From NCBI GenBank assembly GCA_963204905.1, contig CAUJJN010000203.1:1585-65584 (forward strand): a stretch of 64,000 nucleotides of DNA, in the 5' to 3' direction. The DNA comes from Pseudomonadota bacterium. GTDB lineage: Bacteria > Pseudomonadota > Alphaproteobacteria > Rhizobiales > Xanthobacteraceae. Positions within the stretch are counted from its first letter, which is position 1. Each line of letters starts with the position of its first letter. The position numbers and the translations under genes are program-made. Of the stretch, positions 8,379 through 16,450 are shown in pieces. Under the pieces are notes generated by a model. It made no database searches and was not told the origin of the DNA. It worked only from the letters and a program-made list of their open reading frames with translations.

Positions 8379-9904
8379 TTCAGCATGTCCTTGAGCTTGA
8401 ATTTCTGGACTTTTCCGGACGACGATTTCGGCAATGCTTCCACGACGGTAATCTTTTTCGGAATCTTGAAACCGGTCAGACGTCCACGACAGAATTGAAG
8501 CAGGGCCTCGGTATCGACGCTCCGGCCCGGCACCGGCACAACGGCGGCGCGCAATTCCTCTCCCCAATAGTCATGCGGCGCGCCGTAGGCGGCGGCTTCG
8601 GAGACATCGGGATGTTCAAGGATGCCGATTTCTACTTCGAGCGCGGAGACGTTCTCGCCGCCGGTCTTCACCATGTCTTTTGCGCGGCCGACAAAGTAAG
8701 CGAACCCGTCCTTGTCGAAGCGGATCAGATCGCCGGTTCGCATCCATCCGTCCGGCAGCAGCGTGGAGCGCGTGGCTTCCTCGTCGTTCCAATAGCCCGC
8801 AAAGATCGTCGGACCTTTGATCTCGAGAGCGCCTTCCGCGGACGGGTCCGTGAGAATCCGGCCTTCTTCGTCCACCAGCCGATAGGAAAAATGCGGCCAG
8901 CGATAGCCGACGGAACCGGGATGAGTGAGAATCTCCTCCGTCGTTCTGTTCTTGAAGATCGTGACGCAAGCTTCCGTCAATCCGAAGCCCCAGCCGAACT
9001 CCGCGTTGGGAAATACTTTTCGAATGAGCTCCTGCCGATATTCGGCCAACGGCGCGGCGGCGGTCTGGACATAGCGGACGTCAGGGAAACGAAGGTCTCC
9101 GAAACCGGGGTGATCGGTGAGCGAAACCCACATCGGCGAGAGAAGAAACAGATGCGTCGGGGTGTAGGTTCGCAAATGCACGATGATCGCCTCGGATTCG
9201 AAGCGCGATAGCATCGAGAGCTGTCCACCTGCGGCGAGGATCGGCCCGTTGATGACGCCGAAGCCGCCGATGTGAAACAGCGGCGCAGCGAGGACGGCCC
9301 GGCAATCCTTGTTGATGCCGAGTTCGATCTGGTAGTTGATCGAATTCCAGACCAGACCCGCGTGGCGCAGCATCGCTCCCTTGGGCAGGGACGTGGTGCC
9401 GGAGGTATAGATGATCAGCGCGATATCGTCGTCGCCCACCGATCCGGATTCCACAACCTGCTGATCGAAATCCGGCTTGGTTTCGCGGACTGGAAGATCT
9501 GCGATCGCGGTCCACCGGACATCGGCGCTGCAATCCGCACGCGCCGCCTCCGCGATCTTTGCGTTTCGCGGATCATAGAGCACGATCTTCGGCTCGCCGT
9601 GACCAATCATCCAGGTGATTTCGCGGTTCGATAGCCGGACGTTGACAGGAACGAGAATGAAGCCCGTCAGCGCCGTCGCATGATAAAGCGCCAGATAATC
9701 CGCTGAATTCTCCAGCAACGCGAAAACACGATCGCCGCGCTGGATCCCAGCCCGGGCGAGACATACGGCATACTTACGGACATACTCTGCGAAGGCCGGG
9801 AATGTGAATGTCCTGTCTCCATCGACGACAGCGACGGCGTCGGGTTGACGAAGGGCGTGATAGGTCAGCGACTGATAGATATTCGGCACGTCTACGCCTC
9901 TCAA
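8375..9904 (-). CDS. AMP-forming acyl-CoA synthetase/ligase
   Basis: 509 aa. YTSGTTSLPKGA; ..GWMRTGDLIRFDKDGFAYFVGRAKDMVKTGGENVS... Start is TTG 9904 (TTGA overlap with the upstream ATPase stop) or GTG 9889, which is preceded by GAGAGG. Confidence 0.9.
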   Translation of the reverse strand: MRGVDVPNIYQSLTYHALRQPDAVAVVDGDRTFTFPAFAEYVRKYAVCLARAGIQRGDRVFALLENSADYLALYHATALTGFILVPVNVRLSNREITWMIGHGEPKIVLYDPRNAKIAEAARADCSADVRWTAIADLPVRETKPDFDQQVVESGSVGDDDIALIIYTSGTTSLPKGAMLRHAGLVWNSINYQIELGINKDCRAVLAAPLFHIGGFGVINGPILAAGGQLSMLSRFESEAIIVHLRTYTPTHLFLLSPMWVSLTDHPGFGDLRFPDVRYVQTAAAPLAEYRQELIRKVFPNAEFGWGFGLTEACVTIFKNRTTEEILTHPGSVGYRWPHFSYRLVDEEGRILTDPSAEGALEIKGPTIFAGYWNDEEATRSTLLPDGWMRTGDLIRFDKDGFAYFVGRAKDMVKTGGENVSALEVEIGILEHPDVSEAAAYGAPHDYWGEELRAAVVPVPGRSVDTEALLQFCRGRLTGFKIPKKITVVEALPKSSSGKVQKFKLKDMLK

Positions 9905-10608
9905 GTTCCTAGATACACATCCTGCAAGCGTTTATCCGCAAGCATCTCTTTTGCCGAGCCGCTCATGATCATGCGCCCCGCTTCGAGGAGGAACGCGTCA
10001 GACGAAATCGAGAGCGCCAGCCGTGAATTCTGTTCGACGAGAACGATGGTGACGCCGGATTTCGCAACACGCTCGATCGCGTGGGCCATCTCGCTCACCA
10101 CTTTGGGCGCGAGACCAAGCGAAGGTTCGTCGAGCAGCAACAGCTTGGGGCGGCTCAGCAGAGCGCGGCCGATGGCGCACATCTGCTGTTCGCCACCCGA
10201 TAGATTGCGGCCGAGACTGGAGCGCCGCTCATTCAGCCGAGGAAACAGATCGTAGACCTTCGCGAGATCGGCGGTGACCCGGTCGCGATCCGTTCGGCGA
10301 ATCGCGCCGGTCATCAGATTCTCAACGACAGTCAGTTCCGGAAATAACCGCCGTCCTTCGGGCGACAACGCGATTCCGAGGGCATGCCGCGCCTCCGGCG
10401 GTTTCCCCACTAACGCGATGCCGTCGGCCTCGATCTGCCCCGCGCTGACATTCACAAGTCCGGCAATCGCCTTGAGCAGGGTGGACTTGCCCGCCCCGTT
10501 GGCTCCGATGATCGCGGTAATGCAGCCTTCCCTCGCGACAATCGAGACATCGTTCAACGCTTCGACAGCGCCGTAGCGAACTGAAAGCCCGCTGATATCA
10601 AGACGCAT
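9901..10608 (-). CDS. LIV/HAAT ABC transporter ATP-binding protein (LivF-type)
   Basis: Walker A GANGAGKST, signature LSGGEQQM, Walker B LLLLDEPSLGLAP. The homologous start MRLDISGLSVRYG.. is at ATG 10608. The ORF-track start 10692 adds an Arg/Ser/Pro-rich extension. Confidence 0.9.
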   Translation of the reverse strand: MRLDISGLSVRYGAVEALNDVSIVAREGCITAIIGANGAGKSTLLKAIAGLVNVSAGQIEADGIALVGKPPEARHALGIALSPEGRRLFPELTVVENLMTGAIRRTDRDRVTADLAKVYDLFPRLNERRSSLGRNLSGGEQQMCAIGRALLSRPKLLLLDEPSLGLAPKVVSEMAHAIERVAKSGVTIVLVEQNSRLALSISSDAFLLEAGRMIMSGSAKEMLADKRLQDVYLGT

Positions 10609-11377
10609 GATCAGCTCCAAGATACGCGGTGATGAAGGCCTGGTCATTGCGCACGACGTTCGGCGGTCCGTCGGCGATGATCGCGCCGGCATTCAGCGCG
10701 ATGATCCGATCGCAGAGCTTCATGACAAGCCTGAGATCGTGCTCCACAAGAAGAACGTCGATGCCGCGATCGTAGCGGACCCGACGCAGCAACTCGGTCA
10801 TCTCGGTCGTCTCGACCGGGTTGAGCCCTGCCGCCGGCTCGTCGGCCAGCAGCAGCCGCGGCTGCGTCGCCAGCGCCATGCCGACGCCCAGAATTTTCTG
10901 ATGACCGTAGGCCAGCGTCGCCGCATCCCGATCCGCCGCATGACGAAGTTCGAGGAAGTCAAGCAACTCCTCCGCCCTGTCGCGCGCGGCCTTCTTGTGA
11001 TTGGCCAGGCTCCGCCGCTTCAAAAGATCGAGCGGCCGGCCGATCGCCTTCAGATACCCCGCACGCACGATATGATCTCTTACCGTGACGTTGCGAAAGA
11101 CCGTTGCGGACTGGAAGCATCGCGCGATGCCACGCCGCGCGATGGTCGAGGCACTCAGCCCGTTGATCGATTTGCCTTCGAACGCAACGGTCCCGCTGTC
11201 CGGCGTCAACGAGCCGGCCAGCAGATTGAAGACGGTTGTCTTGCCCGCGCCATTCGGGCCGATCAGGCCGGTAATGTGGTCGGCCGCAAGGTCGAAGGAG
11301 ACGTTGTTGACTGCGACGATACCGCCGAACGTGCGGCGAAGGTCGCGAACCGACAGCCGGGGAACCGTGTTGCTCAT
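10598..11377 (-). CDS. LIV/HAAT ABC transporter ATP-binding protein (LivG-type)
   Basis: GPNGAGKTT, LAYGHQKILGV, LLLADEPAAGLNP. Start MSNTVPRLSVRDL.. at ATG 11377 overlaps the permease stop (ATGA at 11374-11377). Confidence 0.9.
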   Translation of the reverse strand: MSNTVPRLSVRDLRRTFGGIVAVNNVSFDLAADHITGLIGPNGAGKTTVFNLLAGSLTPDSGTVAFEGKSINGLSASTIARRGIARCFQSATVFRNVTVRDHIVRAGYLKAIGRPLDLLKRRSLANHKKAARDRAEELLDFLELRHAADRDAATLAYGHQKILGVGMALATQPRLLLADEPAAGLNPVETTEMTELLRRVRYDRGIDVLLVEHDLRLVMKLCDRIIALNAGAIIADGPPNVVRNDQAFITAYLGADHAS

Positions 11378-12315
11378 CGGTTGTTCCCCCAGCCCAGACG
11401 CGGAAGAATCAATCCCAGAAAACCCTGCGGCAGGCCGCGCATCAGCAACAGCAACGCGACGCCGTAGAGAACGCGCTGATAGTGAACCCATTCGCGGAAG
11501 ACTTCGGGCAGCGGCGCCAGAAGCAAGGCGCCGAGAAACGGCCCCATGAGAAACTGTGCGCCGCCGATCACGTTCAGAATGAGCGCGTTCACGGTGGTCC
11601 AGAAACCGAATGCTTCGGGCGACATGAACGACAGATAGTGCGCATACAAGCTGCCGGACAGTCCCGCGATGAAGGCACTGCCGCTGAAGATGAGGCAGCG
11701 ATAAGCCAACGCATTGACCCCGAGCGAGGACTGTAGAGGTTCGTTACGTTCGAGGCCTTCGACCACAACGCCGAGATCTCCCGCGAACGCGATATGGCAG
11801 CATAGCATGATGATGCTCAGGAGAATGGCGGTGAAGATCAGGTAACTGGAAGGCGCGATCAGTTGCAGCCCCATGATCGAAGCCGGCGGAATCGCGGAAA
11901 TCCCGTTGTTGCCGCCGAACAACGATGTCCACTCCACAAAGATGAGGACGATCACTTCGCCGAAGGCGAAAGTGAGAAGGACAAAGTGAACGCCCTTCGT
12001 TCTCATCAACAGGGGCCCGACGGCGCCGGCAATGAGCGCGGGAATCACACCGGCAAGCAGCAAGGCCACCTCGTAAGGAATGCCAGCGTCCCGCGTCAAT
12101 AGCGCCGACGCATAGGCGCCGATGCCCATGAATCCGGCCTGAGCCAGCGAAAGCTGGCCGATCTTCAGCATCAGATAGACGCTGACGGCGAGAATGGCGT
12201 GAATGCCGATCAGGATCGCCAGATGAGTATAGAAAATCTGGTTGATGAGCAGCGGGATCAGCAGATAGGCGAGCAGAGTCGCAGCACTGAAAACGAATGA
12301 CCATCGCCGCATCAT
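11374..12315 (-). CDS. LIV/HAAT ABC transporter permease (LivM-type)
   Basis: Polytopic hydrophobic protein. Start MMRRWSFVFSAATLLAYLL.. at ATG 12315 overlaps the upstream permease stop (ATGA at 12312-12315). Confidence 0.9.
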   Translation of the reverse strand: MMRRWSFVFSAATLLAYLLIPLLINQIFYTHLAILIGIHAILAVSVYLMLKIGQLSLAQAGFMGIGAYASALLTRDAGIPYEVALLLAGVIPALIAGAVGPLLMRTKGVHFVLLTFAFGEVIVLIFVEWTSLFGGNNGISAIPPASIMGLQLIAPSSYLIFTAILLSIIMLCCHIAFAGDLGVVVEGLERNEPLQSSLGVNALAYRCLIFSGSAFIAGLSGSLYAHYLSFMSPEAFGFWTTVNALILNVIGGAQFLMGPFLGALLLAPLPEVFREWVHYQRVLYGVALLLLMRGLPQGFLGLILPRLGWGNNR

Positions 12316-13175
12316 GCACGCCCCCAAAGCCCGGATGGTTTGACAATCAAGATGATGACGACGAGCACGAAGGACACCAGTGTTGCCATGGTCGCGCTGA
12401 ACCATACCGAGATGACGGCGTCGGTCGTGCCGAGAATGATCGCTGCGATCATGGCTCCCGGCAGGCTTCCGAGGCCCCCGAGAACGACGACAATGAAGGC
12501 CTTGAGCAGGGCTGCCTCACCCATGAAAGGGTTGACGGCGTAGAGCGGTACGGTGAGGGCGCCCGCGAGCCCGGCGAGAATGCAACCGATGCCGAAGGCG
12601 AGCGGCAGGATCACCGAGGGCGCCATGCCGTAAGCTCGCGCGATTTCCGTGTCCTGCGCAACGGCGCGCAGCGCCAGGCCCAGGCGGGTGTGATGCACCA
12701 GAAAATGGAAGGCGATCACCACGAGAAAGGACGAGCCGGCAACGAAAAGCTGATCGTTCGGTAGATAGATCGATCCGAAGTGCAGGACGCCGGAGATCGG
12801 CCGCGGGACACTCAACTGATCCACGGTAAAAATAATCATCACTGCGCCTTGCAGGATAATGGCCAGCGCCAGCGACGTAATCATCGCTCCGAGTTCATCG
12901 CCGAGGAATGGGCGGAAGATCAACCGTTCCGCCACGACGCCACAAACACCGGCGAACAGCCCGGCTACCGGAATCGCGATAAAGTAATTCAGCCCGCATA
13001 TGACGGTGAGGACGTAGATTGCATAGGCGCCGAGCATCACGAACTCGCCATGAGCAAAATTCACGATGCGCATAAGGCCGAATATGAGGGTGAAGCCGAG
13101 CGCCAACAGCATCATATAGGCGCTCGATGTCGCCGCAATCACCAGAGTCTGAACCAGCATGGACGTTTCCGACAT
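12312..13175 (-). CDS. LIV/HAAT ABC transporter permease (LivH-type)
   Basis: 287-aa polytopic membrane protein with LivH-like ..VNFAHGEFVMLGAY.. near the N-terminus. Confidence 0.9.
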   Translation of the reverse strand: MSETSMLVQTLVIAATSSAYMMLLALGFTLIFGLMRIVNFAHGEFVMLGAYAIYVLTVICGLNYFIAIPVAGLFAGVCGVVAERLIFRPFLGDELGAMITSLALAIILQGAVMIIFTVDQLSVPRPISGVLHFGSIYLPNDQLFVAGSSFLVVIAFHFLVHHTRLGLALRAVAQDTEIARAYGMAPSVILPLAFGIGCILAGLAGALTVPLYAVNPFMGEAALLKAFIVVVLGGLGSLPGAMIAAIILGTTDAVISVWFSATMATLVSFVLVVIILIVKPSGLWGRA

Positions 13176-13206
13176 CGAGAATTCGGCAGAGGGCCAGAGG
13201 CCAGGC

Positions 13207-13237
13207 CCGCCTGATTCGCCGAAGCTGAATCAGGCGG
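13207..13237 (-). other. Intercistronic stem-loop (11-bp perfect stem, 9-nt loop) just downstream of the binding-protein gene
   Basis: CCGCCTGATTC-GCCGAAGCT-GAATCAGGCGG lies in the 86-nt gap between the binding-protein stop (13262) and the livH-like start (13175). There is no U-tract, so it looks more like an mRNA-stabilising or segmental-decay element than a full terminator. Confidence 0.4.
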
Positions 13238-13261
13238 CCGGCGTCTGTTACGGCTAAGAAG

Positions 13262-14413
13262 TTACTTGGGTTCGAGCTTTTGAATCACAGTGCCCTTGCC
13301 ATCCTTGACCTCGACGAGAAACGAAGGCGTGTAAAGCTGATGATCGATGCCGTAAACCTTCTTGCCGCCCCAGAAGGATTTACCGATCAGCGTATCGAAT
13401 GGAGAAGCCTTTTCAATCGCGTCGCGCACGGCAGTGGTATCGGTCACCGTTCCGGTTTTAGCGATCGCCTCGAGCAAGAACTTGGTGGCATCATAGAAAA
13501 AGAAGGTGAAGTCCCCCATGCGGTTCTTGTGAATCTTCGCGTACTGGGTTTCGAGCCACTCCCATTCCTTGCTATTCGGATCGGCGCCGAGATAGCCGAG
13601 CAGGCCCTCTGCGTTTTCCTTGCCTGCGGCATCGACGATTTCGCTGACATTCACGCCGCCAAATTTCGTGAACTGTCCCTTGTAGCCGAGTTCACGTGCC
13701 TGACGGATGATGGGCCCCGCGATCGGCGGGGGTGTGGTGTCGAGTTCGATATTGTCGGGATTGGAAGCCAGAAGCTTGGTCAGAATGGCACGGAAGTCCG
13801 TCTGCTTCCGCTCGAACAGCTCCTTGGCGACGACATCAAAGCCGTTGGTCTTGTAGGCCTCATCCTGCACCGCCTGGCTATCCCATCCGGTCTCATCGTT
13901 CGGAGCGAGGAGAGCGACCCGTTTCAGCGCGGGCCGGTTCTGTTTGAGCCATGCCACGAATGGAGGCACGAATTCGCGCGAGGTCGGCAGCACGCGGAAG
14001 ACAAATTTGGTGTTCTCGAGCGCCTTCACGGTATAGGTGTTCGAGAGCATCAACGTCTGCGAGCGTTCGGTGATCGGCTTCGCCGCGAGGAGGGAAGCGG
14101 CGCCGAGCGGACCAATGATGAAGCGAACACCGTCCTGATGAATCAGGCGATTGACGGCGGTGACTGTCTCCGATGCTTTATACTGATCGTCATAGGTAAT
14201 GACATCGACCTGATAGGTTTTGCCTGCGACCTTGAGGCCACCCTTCTCATTGACCTGGTTTGCGGCAATCCGCGCGCCGGCATCAAGCGCCAAACCCCAG
14301 GCGGCGCCTGGGCCCGTCTGCGGCGCGACCACGCCAATCTTGAGCGTTTCCGCGCTCAGCGGCGTGGTGAGCACAAGAGCTAACGCAAGAGCGGATGGAG
14401 AGAAAAATTTCAT
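13262..14413 (-). CDS. LIV/HAAT-family ABC transporter substrate-binding protein
   Basis: 383 aa. Signal peptide MKFFSPSALALALVLTTPLSAE. ..LKIGVVAPQTGPGAAWG.. is typical of LivK-like binding proteins. Confidence 0.9.
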   Translation of the reverse strand: MKFFSPSALALALVLTTPLSAETLKIGVVAPQTGPGAAWGLALDAGARIAANQVNEKGGLKVAGKTYQVDVITYDDQYKASETVTAVNRLIHQDGVRFIIGPLGAASLLAAKPITERSQTLMLSNTYTVKALENTKFVFRVLPTSREFVPPFVAWLKQNRPALKRVALLAPNDETGWDSQAVQDEAYKTNGFDVVAKELFERKQTDFRAILTKLLASNPDNIELDTTPPPIAGPIIRQARELGYKGQFTKFGGVNVSEIVDAAGKENAEGLLGYLGADPNSKEWEWLETQYAKIHKNRMGDFTFFFYDATKFLLEAIAKTGTVTDTTAVRDAIEKASPFDTLIGKSFWGGKKVYGIDHQLYTPSFLVEVKDGKGTVIQKLEPK

Positions 14414-14482
14414 TTAGCGATTCCTCTTTGAGGGATAAAAGTTGAGCTTCTGGACGGTGAGTAAAGGGACTTGCTATATTCG

Positions 14483-15307
14483 TCAGGCTTGCTCTTCAGA
14501 AAGTGTGGAAGCCTGATACAGAGCGGCGGCAGATCGGGCAGCCAAGGCGCGCAATTCGCCGCCCAGCTTGGTGATTTCATTTGCTTCGAGTTGCCCTTGG
14601 AAGGCATGTACGCCGACAACCAATCGAGCTCTGCCGTTGCGATCTCGCACAGCGGCGGCGACCGATGTAACGCCACGAATCAGATTGCCAATGTCCACCG
14701 CAAAACCCTTTGCGCGAGCACGTTTGGCCTCTGCGAGATAGGCCTTTGGAGATGGCTGCACCGCCCAACGTATTTGCTTCATGGCATCGACAATTTCCTT
14801 GTCCGAAGCCTGATGCGCCGCTGCGACGACAAGGCCGGTTGCGCCGGCGTAAAGCGGTAGCCGCGTCGCGATACGAAATTCGATACGAATGTAACTGTCC
14901 GGCGCGATGCGCCCCAGGAGCAGCAGGCGGCCGTCATTGAGGACGAGCCAAACACTGGCGGTCGTCTCGAATCGCGTTGCTATCTGGTAGAGATCTGGCT
15001 CGATCAATTCGAATTCGGATCGGTTGAGGAGCGGCCGGGACAATTCAAGCAATCCAATCCCCAGCCGGTAAACCTTCGCGTCACGCGAAAACGAAACGAT
15101 CCGCTGATTCACCAGGGTGCGGATGATGTTCAGTGTGGTCGACGGACTGACGCCGGCGGCCTTCGCAATAACCGAGAGCGTCGCGCCTTTATGCTGGGAG
15201 CCGATCACGCGCAATATAGCGAGCGCCTGGATGACCGCCGCCACATCGCGGCCGACATCCATGAAATGTTCCCAACTATCTGAAGCCGGTGCGATGTCCC
15301 TCGGCAT
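14483..15307 (-). CDS. IclR-family transcriptional regulator
   Basis: HTH ..ATLSVIAKAAGVSPSTTLNIIRTLV.. plus a C-terminal IclR effector domain. I prefer ATG 15307 (MPRDIAP..), which is preceded by GGGGGAG. The ORF track uses GTG 15337. Confidence 0.85.
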   Translation of the reverse strand: MPRDIAPASDSWEHFMDVGRDVAAVIQALAILRVIGSQHKGATLSVIAKAAGVSPSTTLNIIRTLVNQRIVSFSRDAKVYRLGIGLLELSRPLLNRSEFELIEPDLYQIATRFETTASVWLVLNDGRLLLLGRIAPDSYIRIEFRIATRLPLYAGATGLVVAAAHQASDKEIVDAMKQIRWAVQPSPKAYLAEAKRARAKGFAVDIGNLIRGVTSVAAAVRDRNGRARLVVGVHAFQGQLEANEITKLGGELRALAARSAAALYQASTLSEEQA

Positions 15308-15331
15308 GGTGCTCCCCCACGCTGGAGACAT

Positions 15332-15366
15332 ATTCACAATAGTGAATTCTCGTCAACATTGTGAAT
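15332..15366. promoter_or_regulatory. Repeated ATTCACAAT / ATTGTGAAT half-sites; candidate IclR operator
   Basis: ATTCAC-AATA-GTGAAT (15332-15347) is a 6+6 palindrome. ATTGTGAAT (15358-15366) is the exact reverse complement of ATTCACAAT (15332-15340). The site lies 25-60 bp upstream of the IclR start. Confidence 0.35.
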
Positions 15367-15470
15367 TTCTCTGAGCAACCATGTCGCACCCGGCACGTGA
15401 TGCGCATGGGGCCGCTTGAATTCCTAATTTATATAACTATTTCAGCCACATAGATATCTGTCGATCGCAC

Positions 15471-16407
15471 ATGACCGGCATCTGTGGCGCGCCGGCAGCG
15501 CAAGATACCGTCCGATCGGCGGATGACTATCGACAATACAACGCGAACATTCTGTACCGTTCAGAATGCAAGGCGTCGGCCATACACGCCCCTACGCTCG
15601 TTGGACGCGGAAAAGCTGTATCCTTGCTCTGAACCAGCCGACCTCGTGGAATCGGAACTGTTCGGCTACGAACCCGGCGCCTTCGCCGGCGCCGACAACA
15701 AAGGGCGGAAGAGCACGTTCGAGCAGGCCGAAGGTGGCACGATCTTTCTTGACGAGATCGGGGACATGCCGCTCGACGTCCAGGCAAAGCTTTTGCGCGT
15801 GGTGCAGGACAAGATCATCGAACGGATCGGCGGCGACCGTTCGCGCTCCGTCGATCTTCGTCTGGTATCTGCCACCAACAAGGACTTGCAGTCGCTGGTG
15901 GAGAGCGGCGGATTCCGTCTCGATCTGCTTTATCGCCTCTCGCCGATCGTCATCGAAGTTCCTCCGCTCCGCGAGCGGATCGACGACATCCCGCTGCTGG
16001 TCGACAAATTCCTTCAGGAGATTGCCTATCGGCACGCGCGGCCGACACCGCGGATCAGCAGCGAGGCGTTGGTAGAACTGGCCGAGCGCGCATGGCCCGG
16101 CAACACCCGACAACTGCAACACGAGATCGAGCGTGCGTTCGTATTCTCGGACGGGATAACGATTGGCGTTCAGGATTTGTCGGAAACGCCAAGACGCTCC
16201 GAGAAACCTTTTGGACTCGCGGGGGCGGCTCCGGTGAGCGGTTCGCAAGGCCTGAAAAAGGTCATCTCCGACGTTCAGAACGAGCAGATCAAGGAAGCCA
16301 TCGCAGCCTGTGGCGGCAACAAGAAGAAGGCCGCCGCTCGCCTCGGCATCTCGCGCTCGTTTCTCTACAAGAAGCTGACCGCAATCGAGAATGCCGAACA
16401 GACGTAA
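15471..16407 (+). pseudogene. Remnant of a sigma-54-dependent (NtrC/Fis-family) transcriptional activator lacking the sensory domain and Walker A
   Basis: ORF 15484..16407 carries only the distal AAA+ core: ..ESELFGYEPGAFAGA.., Walker B GGTIFLDEIGDM, ..DLRLVSATNKDL.., WPGNTRQL. It also has a Fis-type HTH (GGNKKKAAARLGISRSFLYKKL). No GxxGxGK P-loop in frame. A different frame (ATG 15471) reads ..ANILYRSECKASAIHAP.., which looks like a deleted P-loop region. Confidence 0.6.
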
Positions 16408-16441
16408 CTGCGGCGGAAGCCCCCTCAATCTTCCGCCGCAG
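16408..16441. terminator. Bidirectional hairpin between convergent genes (12-bp perfect GC-rich stem, 10-nt loop)
   Basis: CTGCGGCGGAAG-CCCCCTCAAT-CTTCCGCCGCAG starts 1 nt after the TAA at 16405-16407 and ends 10 nt before the stop of the minus-strand binding-protein pseudogene (16451). Confidence 0.55.
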
Positions 16442-16450
16442 CCCCCGCCT

